Positions 1 through 9,972 of a stretch of 64,000 bases of DNA are shown in pieces. A model generated the notes under the pieces. That model made no database searches. It was not told the origin of the DNA and saw nothing but the letters and a program-made list of their open reading frames with translations. The first letter of the stretch is position 1, and each line of letters begins with the position of its first letter. Source of the stretch: Candidatus Latescibacterota bacterium (GTDB lineage: Bacteria; Latescibacterota; UBA2968); the NCBI GenBank assembly GCA_965116885.1, contig OZ220741.1:4992001-5056000 (forward strand), read 5' to 3'. The translations under genes and the position numbers were made by a program.

Positions 1-184
1 GATATCCCCAATCATCATCGCCCGTATAATTCGAATACTCAATGCGACAAAACGTAAACGTATTACCCGGAAAAATATCGCGCTCCATCCGCTCCACAGG
101 GCCTCGCCGTCTGCGACCAAACTGTGCATCGACATCCCACTCGGGCATCAACAGCACCAAGAAACACGCCAGTAAAATCCTCAT
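1..184 (-). CDS. DUF4159-like protein, N-terminal part (runs off the window start)
   Basis: Own translation from ATG at 184: MRILLACFLVLLMPEWDVDAQFGRRRRGPVERMERDIFPGNTFTFCRIEYS...; signal peptide followed by the FTFxRIxY motif typical of DUF4159; lies downstream of a TPR/peptidase gene, as in known clusters. Confidence 0.6.
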   Translation of the reverse strand, partial: MRILLACFLVLLMPEWDVDAQFGRRRRGPVERMERDIFPGNTFTFCRIEYSNYTGDDDWGY

Positions 185-220
185 TGTAAAACCTCCAACC
201 AGTCCCCAACCCCTTATCTT

Positions 221-252
221 TTATCTGTGTCCATCTGCGTTCATCTGCGGAT
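221..252 (-). repeat. ATCCGCAGATG-family repeat, copy 1 (inside the 3' end of the CDS)
   Basis: Minus strand reads ATCCGCAGATGAACGCAGATGGACACAGATAA and encodes the C-terminal PQMNADGHR*. Confidence 0.7.
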
Positions 253-2677
253 ACTTTGCATCCGCCAATTCCAACAACAACTGTTGCGCATCCCAAAAAT
301 GCGGCATCGTTTCCAACAGCGCGAGCACCTCGGCTTTTGCAGCCACAACCTCACCCTTTTTTGCCAGAGCCTCCGCCAGATTGAGCCGATGCGCGGCTCG
401 CCCCGGTACATCCAGATAAATCAACCGACGCCAATCGGCAATAGCCGCATCCCAATCTGCCAGCATCTCGTGTACCTCTGCTCTTCGCGCCAGTATCTCA
501 ACCTGAAACGGACGCACCGCCAATGCCCGATCCAGCACCGCAAGCGCAGCCGTCCAGTCTTTATCCTCCACATAAAATCCACTCAACGCCAGACAGGCTT
601 CAGGCGCCTTCGCATCCCATTCAACGAGCTTTTTCAAGGCTTTGCGATGCCACTTTGGGTCCCCACGCACCACCCCTGCATCCGCCCATAGCCGCAAAGG
701 CGCATCTTCCGCAACATAGTCTGGATACAGAGCATACGCTTTCAGAAAAAATCGCTCTGCATCCGCCCAGTTCTTTGCCTCAACGGCCTCTTTCCCCGCA
801 TTTAATTTCTGGCGAAACTCAGAATTTTTGGACAGCGCCTTGAGAGGCGCACATCGATTCCCCAGATATTCCATAAACCGCTCATCCACAAGACGGGCAG
901 AAACACCACTGGCCGAAATCAACGCCTCAACAGCCTCCATGCCATCGGCAATGCGGTTGAGTGCCTTCACCAGTGCATCTTGGCCGTAGTGATTCACGTA
1001 AAAAGCCACAAACTCGCCCGATACAAAATACCCATACATCAGATGCATCGGCGTTTCTGGATCCGTAAAAAACCGCCCGAGATCGCCTACAGCCGGAAAC
1101 CCCTCGCCATCCACAATATGCTTAAATTCAGGACTCAGCCGCTGTCCCCAGGACACATCCTTTTGCGTTTCTTCATAGACCGAAATCCCCTCCGACAACC
1201 AGCGCGGCAGGCGATTGTGGGTCTTTTGCAGCGTAATCACATGCACAAACTCGTGCCACAAAACCTGTTGCCAGTTCATCGTGCCAGGTGGTCGCGCCCG
1301 GGGAGAATCCATCGTGACCAACCGCCCAAAACAAATGCCCAAATGCCCCGCATTGCCCGGCAGCCCAACCGACCGCACCATAAACACATCGTGATCGTCA
1401 AACACCTGCACCACCACGGGCGTGTGCAACTCAATATTGTATTTTCTCTGATAGTACAAAGCCGCTTCATTGAGCAGACCCAACAGTCCATCGGACATCA
1501 CCTCGGCTTCTTGCCTGGGCAATTGCAACTTGAAAATACCCCGCGATATCGTCACAAAGCCATCGATCGCATCGGCAGCTTCGAGCAAATTATACGCCCG
1601 CACACTATATGGATCGGCAGCAAAAACCCGCTCCAACTCGCTTCGCGCCTCGGCATCTTTTCCCAACCGCAACAAATCATACGCCAACAGCAAACGCGCC
1701 TCGACATCTTTTGCATCAATTTCCAACGCACGCGCTTGAAAAGCACGCCCTTCTTCAAATCGGTATTGCCGAGACGCAATGCGCCCGGGAATGCGAAAAG
1801 CACCTGAAAAATACCCATTAAAAGCCAATGCCCGTTCCTGCATTTTTTTCATCGTCGCTGAATCGTCCAATAAAAAAAACGCCGCTGCCTTTAACCCCAG
1901 TGCTTTCAGATGGTTTGGATTAACAGACAGGATAGAATCCAGCACCGCAAGCGCATCATGTGCCTCATTGCGACCTAACAATTGCTCGGCTTGCAACCGC
2001 TGAACCTCCAGATGATTCGGATTGAGGGCGAGAAGTTGCGCCATCACTTCCAAAATCCGATCATCGCCCGCGTGGTAATAACACCACATCAACCCCGCCA
2101 AAGCCTCCTGATTTTCGGGATCCAACGCAAGTGCTGCACCGTATTTCTCCGCCGCCACATCAAAAGCGCGTTTGTCCAGAGATAGCTTCCCCGCCGCAAT
2201 AAGCACAGGCGCGCTATTGGGAAATGCCTGAGCCATCAAATTGTAAAATCGCAACAGCGATTTTGGATCTTCGCCCTTTAACTCGCGCAGCCGCGCAGCC
2301 GCGAGAAAATCATCGACATCAGGGCGATATTCCGACAACAAGCGCACCTGATTCTCGGCCTTCATCAATGCCAGACCATAATCGCCCATCCGACCGCGCA
2401 TGCGATACAACTCCGCCAATCGCACAGTCACATCGGGCGAACTTGCCGAAAGCCCTTCCAATTGCGCGATCGCCTCGTCAACGCGACCTGTCAACACCAG
2501 CAATTCGGCATAATCCCGCCGCGTTGACCGCGGATGATAAGACGCCCGCTCGAGCACTTTCACCGCCTCGGCATAATCGCCCCGCGCCCACAACGCGCGA
2601 TAATCCGCCTCCTGAGCAAAAACGCTTTCCGCGCTAAGGAGGATTACAAAGATTAAAGATGTGATTTTAGAAAGCAT
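221..2677 (-). CDS. Secreted TPR-repeat protein with a peptidase MA-like (gluzincin) domain
   Basis: Signal peptide, many TPR-like helices, HEFVH...WLSEG zinc-binding motif. Confidence 0.8.
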   Translation of the reverse strand: MLSKITSLIFVILLSAESVFAQEADYRALWARGDYAEAVKVLERASYHPRSTRRDYAELLVLTGRVDEAIAQLEGLSASSPDVTVRLAELYRMRGRMGDYGLALMKAENQVRLLSEYRPDVDDFLAAARLRELKGEDPKSLLRFYNLMAQAFPNSAPVLIAAGKLSLDKRAFDVAAEKYGAALALDPENQEALAGLMWCYYHAGDDRILEVMAQLLALNPNHLEVQRLQAEQLLGRNEAHDALAVLDSILSVNPNHLKALGLKAAAFFLLDDSATMKKMQERALAFNGYFSGAFRIPGRIASRQYRFEEGRAFQARALEIDAKDVEARLLLAYDLLRLGKDAEARSELERVFAADPYSVRAYNLLEAADAIDGFVTISRGIFKLQLPRQEAEVMSDGLLGLLNEAALYYQRKYNIELHTPVVVQVFDDHDVFMVRSVGLPGNAGHLGICFGRLVTMDSPRARPPGTMNWQQVLWHEFVHVITLQKTHNRLPRWLSEGISVYEETQKDVSWGQRLSPEFKHIVDGEGFPAVGDLGRFFTDPETPMHLMYGYFVSGEFVAFYVNHYGQDALVKALNRIADGMEAVEALISASGVSARLVDERFMEYLGNRCAPLKALSKNSEFRQKLNAGKEAVEAKNWADAERFFLKAYALYPDYVAEDAPLRLWADAGVVRGDPKWHRKALKKLVEWDAKAPEACLALSGFYVEDKDWTAALAVLDRALAVRPFQVEILARRAEVHEMLADWDAAIADWRRLIYLDVPGRAAHRLNLAEALAKKGEVVAAKAEVLALLETMPHFWDAQQLLLELADAKYPQMNADGHR

Positions 2678-2773
2678 AAGAACGCCACACTTTGCATTTG
2701 TTAAGATTTACATATAAAATTCGACCTCAATATCATTTAGTTTGTTCCCGTCATACGTCTTGGACAACCATTA

Positions 2774-2800
2774 TAGGTGCGGGTTTTAAACCCGCACCTA
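2774..2800. repeat. REP-like palindrome
   Basis: TAGGTGCGGGTTT-T-AAACCCGCACCTA, a perfect 13-bp inverted repeat of GTAG-REP type. Confidence 0.75.
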
Positions 2801-2815
2801 CGGATTGCCCTACAA

Positions 2816-2836
2816 CATCTGTTTTCATCTGCGGAT
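2816..2836 (-). repeat. ATCCGCAGATG-family repeat, copy 2
   Basis: Minus strand ATCCGCAGATGAAAACAGATG just after the aldo/keto reductase stop codon. Confidence 0.65.
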
Positions 2837-2841
2837 GCTTC

Positions 2842-3813
2842 TCACCTATTATACGGAAAATGACCCCCGCGCACTTCGCGCCACACCGCATCGCAAGCCT
2901 TTAACACATCCTCATCCAAACGCCCATCTGCGGCCTGAATATTGTGCGTCAGATATTCCAGCTTGCTCACACCCAAAATCATCGAATCGACAATCGACTG
3001 AGACATCAACCATTGCAAAGACAATTCAATCATCGTCTTGCCAGCAGAATGTGCAATCTGCTTCAACGCATCAAGCGCATCAAAATTGCGATCATACCAG
3101 AACCTGCCGTAATAATCCCGATTCAAATCAAAACGCGTGCCCGCTGCGGGTTCGGTATCCCGCGTGTGTTTGCCCGTCAGCATGCCCGCTGCAAGCGGAT
3201 TATATACAGCCATCCCAATATTCATCTCACGACTAAACGCAACGCATTCTTCATCGATACTCCGCGTAATCAAATTATAGGGCACCTGCAACACCACGGG
3301 CGATGCCCAATTGTTCACATCGCATTTCCAAAGCGCTTTCATCACCTGCCACGAAGCGAAATTCGACATCCCCACATATATAATCTTGCCCTGTTGCACC
3401 AAAGTGTCAAACGCCGCCATCGTCTCTTCAAGAGGCGTATTCCAATCGGGCTTGTGCAAATACAAAATATCCAGACAATCGGTCTGCAACCGCTTCAAAC
3501 ACGCTTCCACCCCCCGAATCACGTGCCAGCGGTGCAACCCCTGATCCTTAATCTCGTCCTCGCCGACAAAATTGGCGATCTTGCTCGCCAAAATCACCCG
3601 ATCGCGTTTGCCCTTGAGTGCCTTACCCACAATTTCTTCGGACACGCCATTCACATAAGTATCAGCCGTATCGATAAAATTCACACCGGCATCCAGAGCC
3701 GTATCCACCATGCGAATAGACGTAGCCTCATCGGCCTGATCGCCAAATGTCATAGCACCCAAACATATACGCGACACGCGAATACCCGTCCCTCTCAAAA
3801 TGCTATACTCCAT
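2842..3813 (-). CDS. Aldo/keto reductase
   Basis: VSRICLGAMTFG, FIDTADTY, LASK, LYLH and YNPLAAGMLTGK motifs; GGAG RBS before ATG at 3813. Confidence 0.92.
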   Translation of the reverse strand: MEYSILRGTGIRVSRICLGAMTFGDQADEATSIRMVDTALDAGVNFIDTADTYVNGVSEEIVGKALKGKRDRVILASKIANFVGEDEIKDQGLHRWHVIRGVEACLKRLQTDCLDILYLHKPDWNTPLEETMAAFDTLVQQGKIIYVGMSNFASWQVMKALWKCDVNNWASPVVLQVPYNLITRSIDEECVAFSREMNIGMAVYNPLAAGMLTGKHTRDTEPAAGTRFDLNRDYYGRFWYDRNFDALDALKQIAHSAGKTMIELSLQWLMSQSIVDSMILGVSKLEYLTHNIQAADGRLDEDVLKACDAVWREVRGGHFPYNR

Positions 3814-3905
3814 CTCTCCTCCTAACAGTTGCTTGTGCACTCTTTTTCCTTATCTTTACCACTATCGCTATAACATAACACCGTCTCGTGACTTCGCAAC
3901 ATACT

Positions 3906-4079
3906 ATGATCTGGGTCTTCATCTTTATTTTTATTGCATTTTGGGTCTATATGGGCATTGAACTCTACCTGTATTTTCGCAAACCCAAAAATACCGACAA
4001 CTGGGACGACATGTCCGAATGGGCGTGGCGGCGCACAGTCCGCAAAGCCATTGATGAAATGTTGAAGGAGAAACGGTAA
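3906..4079 (+). CDS. Small single-TM hypothetical protein
   Basis: Hydrophobic N-terminal helix followed by a charged tail; fills an intergenic gap. Confidence 0.5.
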   Translation: MIWVFIFIFIAFWVYMGIELYLYFRKPKNTDNWDDMSEWAWRRTVRKAIDEMLKEKR

Positions 4080-4148
4080 TTAGTAGTTAGGTGGTTAGTG
4101 GTGAACCACCAGCCTTTCATTCTTAATTCTCAATTTTTAATTCGTCAT

Positions 4149-5090
4149 ATGAACGCATTCCAAAAAACCGCCATCACCACCCTCGTTGCGATCCTCTTGC
4201 TCATCGGCGTTGGCAGTCTCGTGCGCGTTTCAGGTGCGGGCCTGGGATGTCCCGACTGGCCTCGATGCTGGGGCTGCTGGTTCCCGCCCTCGAGTATTGA
4301 CGACATCGACCGGGCCTATCTCGCAGAACGCGGACTAAATATCGAAGACTTCAACCCGGTCAAAATGTGGATCGAATACATCAACCGCCTCATCGGCATG
4401 ATCATAGGCCTGCTGGTCATCGCCACCTTCTTCCGCGCCATCCCATATCGAAAAACACACCCCGCCATCTTCTACGGATCGCTAATAGCCGTCTTTCTCG
4501 TTGGCTTTGAAGGCTGGCTCGGCGGGCAAGTCGTACAATCCGGCCTCAAACCCGGCATGATCACCCTGCACATGGCGGGCGCGATGGTACTCTTATGCCT
4601 GTTGCTCTACGTCACATTTCGCGCCGTTGACATCCGCCTCCCCGCCACATTGCCCACCCCCAAATTACTCGCTCGCCTCTCGGCCATGCTCTTTATCATC
4701 GTATGCCTTCAAATGCTACTCGGCACACAGGTGCGCGAAGCCATCGATCCCTACATCAAAAACAGCGAGGGCGTCGCTCGCAGTGCATGGATGGCCAATA
4801 TAGGTCTTATGGATCACATCCACCGCTCCTTCACCTGGGTGGTAATTGCCGTTGCCGCGTATCTCGTCTATATCATACGCAAAAATGCAATAGGAGGCTT
4901 GCTCAAAGTGAGCAGCTACCTCGCATTCGCCCTCATTCTGTTTCAAGCAGCCACTGGCATTGCCCTGGCTTATGGCGGATTACCCCGCGTATTTCAAGTA
5001 CTCCATCTCGTAACCGCAGCCCTGCTAATCTGTGCGGTTTATACTCTGTGGCTCACACTGAGAACCATCAACACAAGGAGGTCTTCATGA
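4149..5090 (+). CDS. ctaA: Heme A synthase (COX15/CtaA family)
   Basis: GAGLGCPDWPRC, WIEYINR, HR and LH motifs; about 8 TM helices. Confidence 0.88.
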   Translation: MNAFQKTAITTLVAILLLIGVGSLVRVSGAGLGCPDWPRCWGCWFPPSSIDDIDRAYLAERGLNIEDFNPVKMWIEYINRLIGMIIGLLVIATFFRAIPYRKTHPAIFYGSLIAVFLVGFEGWLGGQVVQSGLKPGMITLHMAGAMVLLCLLLYVTFRAVDIRLPATLPTPKLLARLSAMLFIIVCLQMLLGTQVREAIDPYIKNSEGVARSAWMANIGLMDHIHRSFTWVVIAVAAYLVYIIRKNAIGGLLKVSSYLAFALILFQAATGIALAYGGLPRVFQVLHLVTAALLICAVYTLWLTLRTINTRRSS

Positions 5091-6046
5091 AAGTTTCCGT
5101 CTGGCACCGCGAACTCTCCGATTCGTATCTGCGATTTGTCACCCAACTCGGCGCTGACGCCCTCGATTTTGGAACTGATACGGACATTCCCGGCGTTGCA
5201 GAACAGGGGTATCCCGACCTGGATGAACTTCTAAAAGTGAAGAAAAAAATCCAGTCCTGGGGCCTGTCGATCAACCGCGTCAGCCTGCCAAATATCACGG
5301 AAAAATTTATGACTGATCAGCCCGGCGGCGAAAAAGAACTCGAAAATACCTGTACGGCACTGCGCATACTTGGCGAGGCAGGCGTACCCATTGCCCGACA
5401 GCGATTCTGGGGCGACACCTTTAACGAACTCATGTTTCGCTACCGATCTGAACACCGCGGAGGATATCTCTCGCGCGGCGAAAGTCAGGCATTGACCAAT
5501 CCCGTACCCGAAACACCCGATTACGAAGCCCTGCAAGACTGGTGGAAACACTTCTGCATCGTCTATGAAAACCTCGTGCCCATAGCCGAAGAAACCGGGA
5601 TTAAGCTCGCCATTCACCCCTCCGACTCTCCCAACCCGGACACCCCATTCGGCGGCCTGGGATATCACCGCGTCATCGACGCCTTTCCCAGCGCACAAGT
5701 AGGCTACCTCTACTGCTGTGGCACCCGCGCCGAAGCGGGCGGCTCACCGCTCGTCCTCGACGAAATTAACAACTATGGCCGCAAAGGTCGCATCTTTATG
5801 GTACACTTCCGCAATGTGCGCGGCTCATTCGCCACAGCGCGCGGTTTTGAAGAAACCCTGCTCGACGACGGTGACATGAACATGTTTAAGCTCTTGCTGG
5901 AACTCAACCGCGTGGGCTTTGATGGCTGCCTGAATCCCGACCACATTCCCGGACTCGAAGGCGACAACGCACCCATCACTGGCGGACTGGCTTACTCCGT
6001 GGGCTATATCAAAGCGCTATTCGCCGCCCTCGCTGCCCTGCCATAA
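5087..6046 (+). CDS. Mannonate dehydratase (UxuA)-like TIM barrel
   Basis: LAIHPSD, VHFRNVRG, FEETLLDDGDMNM, PDHIP and AYSVGYIKAL motifs; ATGA overlap with ctaA. Confidence 0.8.
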   Translation: MKVSVWHRELSDSYLRFVTQLGADALDFGTDTDIPGVAEQGYPDLDELLKVKKKIQSWGLSINRVSLPNITEKFMTDQPGGEKELENTCTALRILGEAGVPIARQRFWGDTFNELMFRYRSEHRGGYLSRGESQALTNPVPETPDYEALQDWWKHFCIVYENLVPIAEETGIKLAIHPSDSPNPDTPFGGLGYHRVIDAFPSAQVGYLYCCGTRAEAGGSPLVLDEINNYGRKGRIFMVHFRNVRGSFATARGFEETLLDDGDMNMFKLLLELNRVGFDGCLNPDHIPGLEGDNAPITGGLAYSVGYIKALFAALAALP

Positions 6047-6073
6047 TGCGGAGGCTGCGACGCGCTCACCGTC

Positions 6074-6102
6074 TTGACAACCCATAAGCGATTTGATATA
6101 TT
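6074..6102 (+). promoter_or_regulatory. Sigma70 promoter for tRNA-Leu
   Basis: TTGACA-17 nt-TATATT with an extended -10 TG. Confidence 0.7.
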
Positions 6103-6123
6103 TGCCTTCACACTGGATCAGGT

Positions 6124-6210
6124 GCCGAAGTGATGGAATTGGTAGACGTGCGGCGTTCAGGGCGCCGTGGGCTTAGGCCCGTGTGGGTTCGAATCCCACC
6201 TTCGGCACCA
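6124..6210 (+). tRNA. tRNA-Leu(CAG)
   Basis: GCCGAAG/CTTCGGC acceptor stem, D-loop GG, anticodon arm CGGCG-TTCAGGG-CGCCG, long variable arm, GGTTCGAATCCC T-arm, encoded CCA. Confidence 0.96.
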
Positions 6211-6231
6211 TAAATTCTCACACAGAGATAC

Positions 6232-6266
6232 AAAGGATTATGCCTGATTGGTATAATCCTTTTTTC
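6232..6266 (+). terminator. Intrinsic terminator after the tRNA
   Basis: AAAGGATTATGC...GTATAATCCTTT stem followed by a T-run. Confidence 0.6.
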
Positions 6267-6291
6267 GATTTGATGTTAACGGAGCGCGAGG

Positions 6292-7179
6292 GTGATCAAT
6301 TACGGCGAAGGAGTTGCACTTGGGGCGTCACTGGTATGGGCATCCACCAGCCTCGTCTTAAGAACGCTATCCCAGCACCAGCCATCGGCACTCATCACAG
6401 CCATCCGTTGTGGGATTTCCGGACCTTTTTTCTGGATGCTATTGCCTTTTGGTCCTCCTCTATCCACACTCGTCAATGTGCCACTGCACGAATGGGGACT
6501 TCTGATCGGCTCCGTATTCATCGGCATAGTCATTGGCGATCAACTCTATTTGCACGCCATGAAAGAAATTGGCGTATCGCGCACAATGGCACTGGTTGGC
6601 ACGCTTCCCATAACCACACTAATTTGGGAGCAATTGTTGCTCGATGTATCTGTCACCCGCACCTTTATTTTCGGATGTGTATTGGCGGCATCCGGCGTTA
6701 TCTTACTCTCTCAGCGACCACGCCAGAATCGCACAGACACACAAGAACACCCCATCCGCCTCAAACGCGGGATAGCCTTTGCGCTTATCACATCTTTGCT
6801 CTGGGGTTTGAGCACCACCATGCTCAAACCTGCGATGGCCCATCTCACCAGTATTCAGGCCAACAGCGTGCGAATGCCGCTCGTAGCCCTATCATTATTT
6901 GGTATTTGGCGGCTCAATCAAGGGCGCGGCAACCTGCGCGACATCGGGTGGCGTACATTTGCTCTGATCGCCTTCACCGGCCTCGCAGGCATGGGCCTCG
7001 GATCTTTCTTCTACGTCGAAGCCGTTCTGTTCATCGGACCCGCCAAAACAGCAACAGTAACATCTGCAACCCCCGTCCTCTCACTTATTCTGGCCGTGAT
7101 CTTTCTCAAAGAACAAATCACGCTCCGCCTTCTCACAGGCGTTGCGCTCTGCGTAGCCGGCGTTCTACTCGTGCTTTGA
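6292..7179 (+). CDS. DMT/EamA family transporter
   Basis: About 10 TM helices in two EamA repeats; FLKEQITLR C-terminal motif. Confidence 0.88.
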   Translation: MINYGEGVALGASLVWASTSLVLRTLSQHQPSALITAIRCGISGPFFWMLLPFGPPLSTLVNVPLHEWGLLIGSVFIGIVIGDQLYLHAMKEIGVSRTMALVGTLPITTLIWEQLLLDVSVTRTFIFGCVLAASGVILLSQRPRQNRTDTQEHPIRLKRGIAFALITSLLWGLSTTMLKPAMAHLTSIQANSVRMPLVALSLFGIWRLNQGRGNLRDIGWRTFALIAFTGLAGMGLGSFFYVEAVLFIGPAKTATVTSATPVLSLILAVIFLKEQITLRLLTGVALCVAGVLLVL

Positions 7180-7205
7180 TCTTCCACTGACCAAAGGAGC
7201 CAACT

Positions 7206-9842
7206 ATGTCTTTTGCCATCAGATCATGTATCGCAGGACTGGTCTTCCTTACTTTTTTCCAGAATGTCGAGGGGAGAATATCCGAACCCGCACTTCAAAA
7301 AAGCTATGGTCATCGCGAGGACATGGCAGCAAGCCAACTAATTGAGGAGATCGCAGGTGCTGATTCCGCGGCGATCTATCGAAATCTACCACGCGAAAAA
7401 AAAGGGAAATTCTTAGAGACATTCTGGCAATCACATAATCCGCTCGTACTCAAATACTACTATGGCTACCATCTCGGGCAACGCAGGTTTTCCGTTTCAG
7501 ATGCTTATTTTGAACAAAAAAAATTACTCCCAAAAGTCTATTGGACAGGTGCTGTGCCACCTGATTCCACACACGTCGCGGAAGCCGTACAAATTTGTAC
7601 ACGCCTGCTAACGCACAATCCCGAAGACGCAGTCGCAATGTGCGCGCTCGGCTATCTCAATCTGGAACAGAATCAGGAAAGCGAGGCAGAAAAGCTATTT
7701 ATACAGACACTTGAACGCGACAAACGCCTATTCGAAGCCAGAAATGGCAGGGCGCTATCACTTTTGCGCGTCCCTAAACAGCGATGGCGCGCGAGAAAGT
7801 TATTGCAGGAGGCAATGGCATGGGACCGCAAATACAATGCCGCCTATTACAGCCTGGCAATGTGCGATCTGACAATGAAAAGCGTGGAGGCAGAAAACAG
7901 CCTCAAAAAATTGATCAAACGGTCTCCAGAATATTCAGACACCTATTTTAAGCTGGGTGTCTTTTACGAGTCCAGAGGCAAATTTGAAAAAGCCGAAGAC
8001 GCTTATGAAAAGCAATTGGAAGCAGATTCCTCTCATACCACCGCGCAATTTCGTCTGGGCATCATAGCATTCAAAACCGGTCATCCTGCACGCGCAATCG
8101 AAATCCTGCAACCCGTCCTGAAAAAACGAACGGACCTCCAAAAACCCGTTTTGCCAATGCTCTTTGAAGCCTATATCCAGCTCAAAAATACGCCAATGGC
8201 AGAGGAGATCGCAGTCGCCTATCTCAAGGGATTAGATGAACAGAATCGGGCGATGTTTGAGGACATTCGCATCGTCGCGTCACCCGAAGAAATCCACACC
8301 TTTAATACCTTGCCAATCGAAGAACGTGCAGCTTATGTCAGAGCATTCTGGCAGCGCCGCGATCCCACACCTGCAACCCCTGAAAACGAATGGTTGGTCG
8401 AACACATCCGCAGAATCATGTATGCGCGACGTCACTTTTTTTCGTCCCGCGGGCCCTGGGATCGCCGCGGTGAAATCTATATCCGGTATGGTCACCCAGC
8501 GCACTGGAGCCGATCTGACAACATACGATTTGAGATTGATCCCGCATCAGTACGCGTAAAAGAACGCCTGCTGATGTCGCTGACCGGTGATGCGCGAAAA
8601 GAACTGATTGCCAATATCCAGCGCATCCGAACATCGGCGAGAGAACCGTACGCAAATGTGGATCCCGCGACGGGCGTTATGCTGGACAGGATTGAACTTT
8701 CGGATTTTGAAAATGTTGAATACGGATCAAGGGTAGTACGCGATCGCGGTGCTAATATCGTCCGCGAGAGACTTTTGACCGACATGCCCTTATCCAATCG
8801 GGATGCGGGAATAAGCGCGGAACATCTTCGCGGATATCCACTTTTTCCAGTGGAGGGGAATAATCCCTGGGAATATTGGATCTATCCAAAAGTCAACGGG
8901 GGCATCGAGATCGTATTTACATCGCTAACAAGAGGTGGCGATTTTGACTATCCGATGCCATTATCCGTACGAGCTGAATCCAGAGCCAATGCCGTGGTCT
9001 GGAACCAGCGGAGACCAGAAGATATTGTCAATCGTGCTATCGGCCGCGAACCCTCCCTATTTGAGCTACACAGAGGGACCCTGAACTTCTATTCAGCCCT
9101 GGCGGATTTTCGCGGAGAACAAGGCGAAACTCGTCTTGAAATTTATTACGGACTGCCAGTTTCAGAACAGTCTGAAACAACGCAATTTGAACGCGGCCTC
9201 GCGCTCTTTGACACGACCTGGACGCCAGTTTTTCAAAAAGTTGAGCCCTTCTCCGATATGTCTGACCAATCAGACAAAATTGTGGATCAACTAATCGTGA
9301 ATATTCCCCCAGGCCGTTATTATCTGGGCGTTCAAGTACACGACACGGCAGGCAACAAATTGGGTATCCAAAGACAAGCCATTGAAGTGGAATCCTATGC
9401 AGGAGACGGATTGATGCTCAGCGACATTGAATTGGCAAACCAAATTGAAGAACAGGAAGCTGACTCTCTAAACATCATCCCCCAGCCCTCCAGGTCTTTC
9501 TCTGCCGGGCAACCCGTCGCGATTTATTACGAAATTTACGGACTCAAAAAAGATACCTTTGGACAGACGCGATACCAGATGCACTATCGGATTGCGCCAG
9601 CGCAAGGACAAGCACCGGCTGTGCGCGTATTGCAATCTGTCGGAAAACTACTGGGGATCGTCAGCGAAAAAGAAGTCACAATTTCTTATGAACAGGTGGG
9701 CGAAACAGAATCTGAATTGAGCTACCTGGAGATTGATGTCACGGACTCCGCAGAGGGCCTGTACGAATTGGAAGTGAAAATTTCGGACTTAAATACAAAC
9801 GTACAAGTTGCCAAATCCACTACATTTCAGATTGTCAAGTGA
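7206..9842 (+). CDS. GWxTD-domain protein with TPR repeats
   Basis: Signal peptide, TPRs, FWQRRDPTPATPENE...EHIRR...PWDRRGEIYIRYGHP, C-terminal Ig-like sandwiches. Confidence 0.85.
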   Translation: MSFAIRSCIAGLVFLTFFQNVEGRISEPALQKSYGHREDMAASQLIEEIAGADSAAIYRNLPREKKGKFLETFWQSHNPLVLKYYYGYHLGQRRFSVSDAYFEQKKLLPKVYWTGAVPPDSTHVAEAVQICTRLLTHNPEDAVAMCALGYLNLEQNQESEAEKLFIQTLERDKRLFEARNGRALSLLRVPKQRWRARKLLQEAMAWDRKYNAAYYSLAMCDLTMKSVEAENSLKKLIKRSPEYSDTYFKLGVFYESRGKFEKAEDAYEKQLEADSSHTTAQFRLGIIAFKTGHPARAIEILQPVLKKRTDLQKPVLPMLFEAYIQLKNTPMAEEIAVAYLKGLDEQNRAMFEDIRIVASPEEIHTFNTLPIEERAAYVRAFWQRRDPTPATPENEWLVEHIRRIMYARRHFFSSRGPWDRRGEIYIRYGHPAHWSRSDNIRFEIDPASVRVKERLLMSLTGDARKELIANIQRIRTSAREPYANVDPATGVMLDRIELSDFENVEYGSRVVRDRGANIVRERLLTDMPLSNRDAGISAEHLRGYPLFPVEGNNPWEYWIYPKVNGGIEIVFTSLTRGGDFDYPMPLSVRAESRANAVVWNQRRPEDIVNRAIGREPSLFELHRGTLNFYSALADFRGEQGETRLEIYYGLPVSEQSETTQFERGLALFDTTWTPVFQKVEPFSDMSDQSDKIVDQLIVNIPPGRYYLGVQVHDTAGNKLGIQRQAIEVESYAGDGLMLSDIELANQIEEQEADSLNIIPQPSRSFSAGQPVAIYYEIYGLKKDTFGQTRYQMHYRIAPAQGQAPAVRVLQSVGKLLGIVSEKEVTISYEQVGETESELSYLEIDVTDSAEGLYELEVKISDLNTNVQVAKSTTFQIVK

Positions 9843-9903
9843 GGCTATTAGCATCCTTGCCCACATATTGCCTTAGATTTAGAGTTGTAAATAAGGCACT
9901 GCA

Positions 9904-9932
9904 TTGACCAGCCATAGTAATTGTGGTATATT
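9904..9932 (+). promoter_or_regulatory. Sigma70 promoter for the TA pair
   Basis: TTGACC-17 nt-TATATT with an extended -10 TG. Confidence 0.6.
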
Positions 9933-9972
9933 TTTTGTCCCCAGGGTACACACTATAACAAAGAGATAAGAT

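Noticed and set aside
2944..3825. 293-aa plus-strand ORF and similar long antisense ORFs (980-1807, 22094-22924, 45896-46612, 56820-57545, 58529-59359)
   Set aside because: Each lies opposite a well-supported gene
4703..5086. N-terminal extension of the 447-aa ORF
   Set aside because: Overlaps ctaA in another frame; the real start is the ATG at 5087 with a GGAGG RBS
6124..6210. tRNA-Leu as an integration site
   Set aside because: No integrase and no duplicated tRNA 3' end seen in the window
6183..7190. 335-aa ORF overlapping the tRNA and the EamA gene
   Set aside because: Alternative frame of the EamA gene; starts within the tRNA
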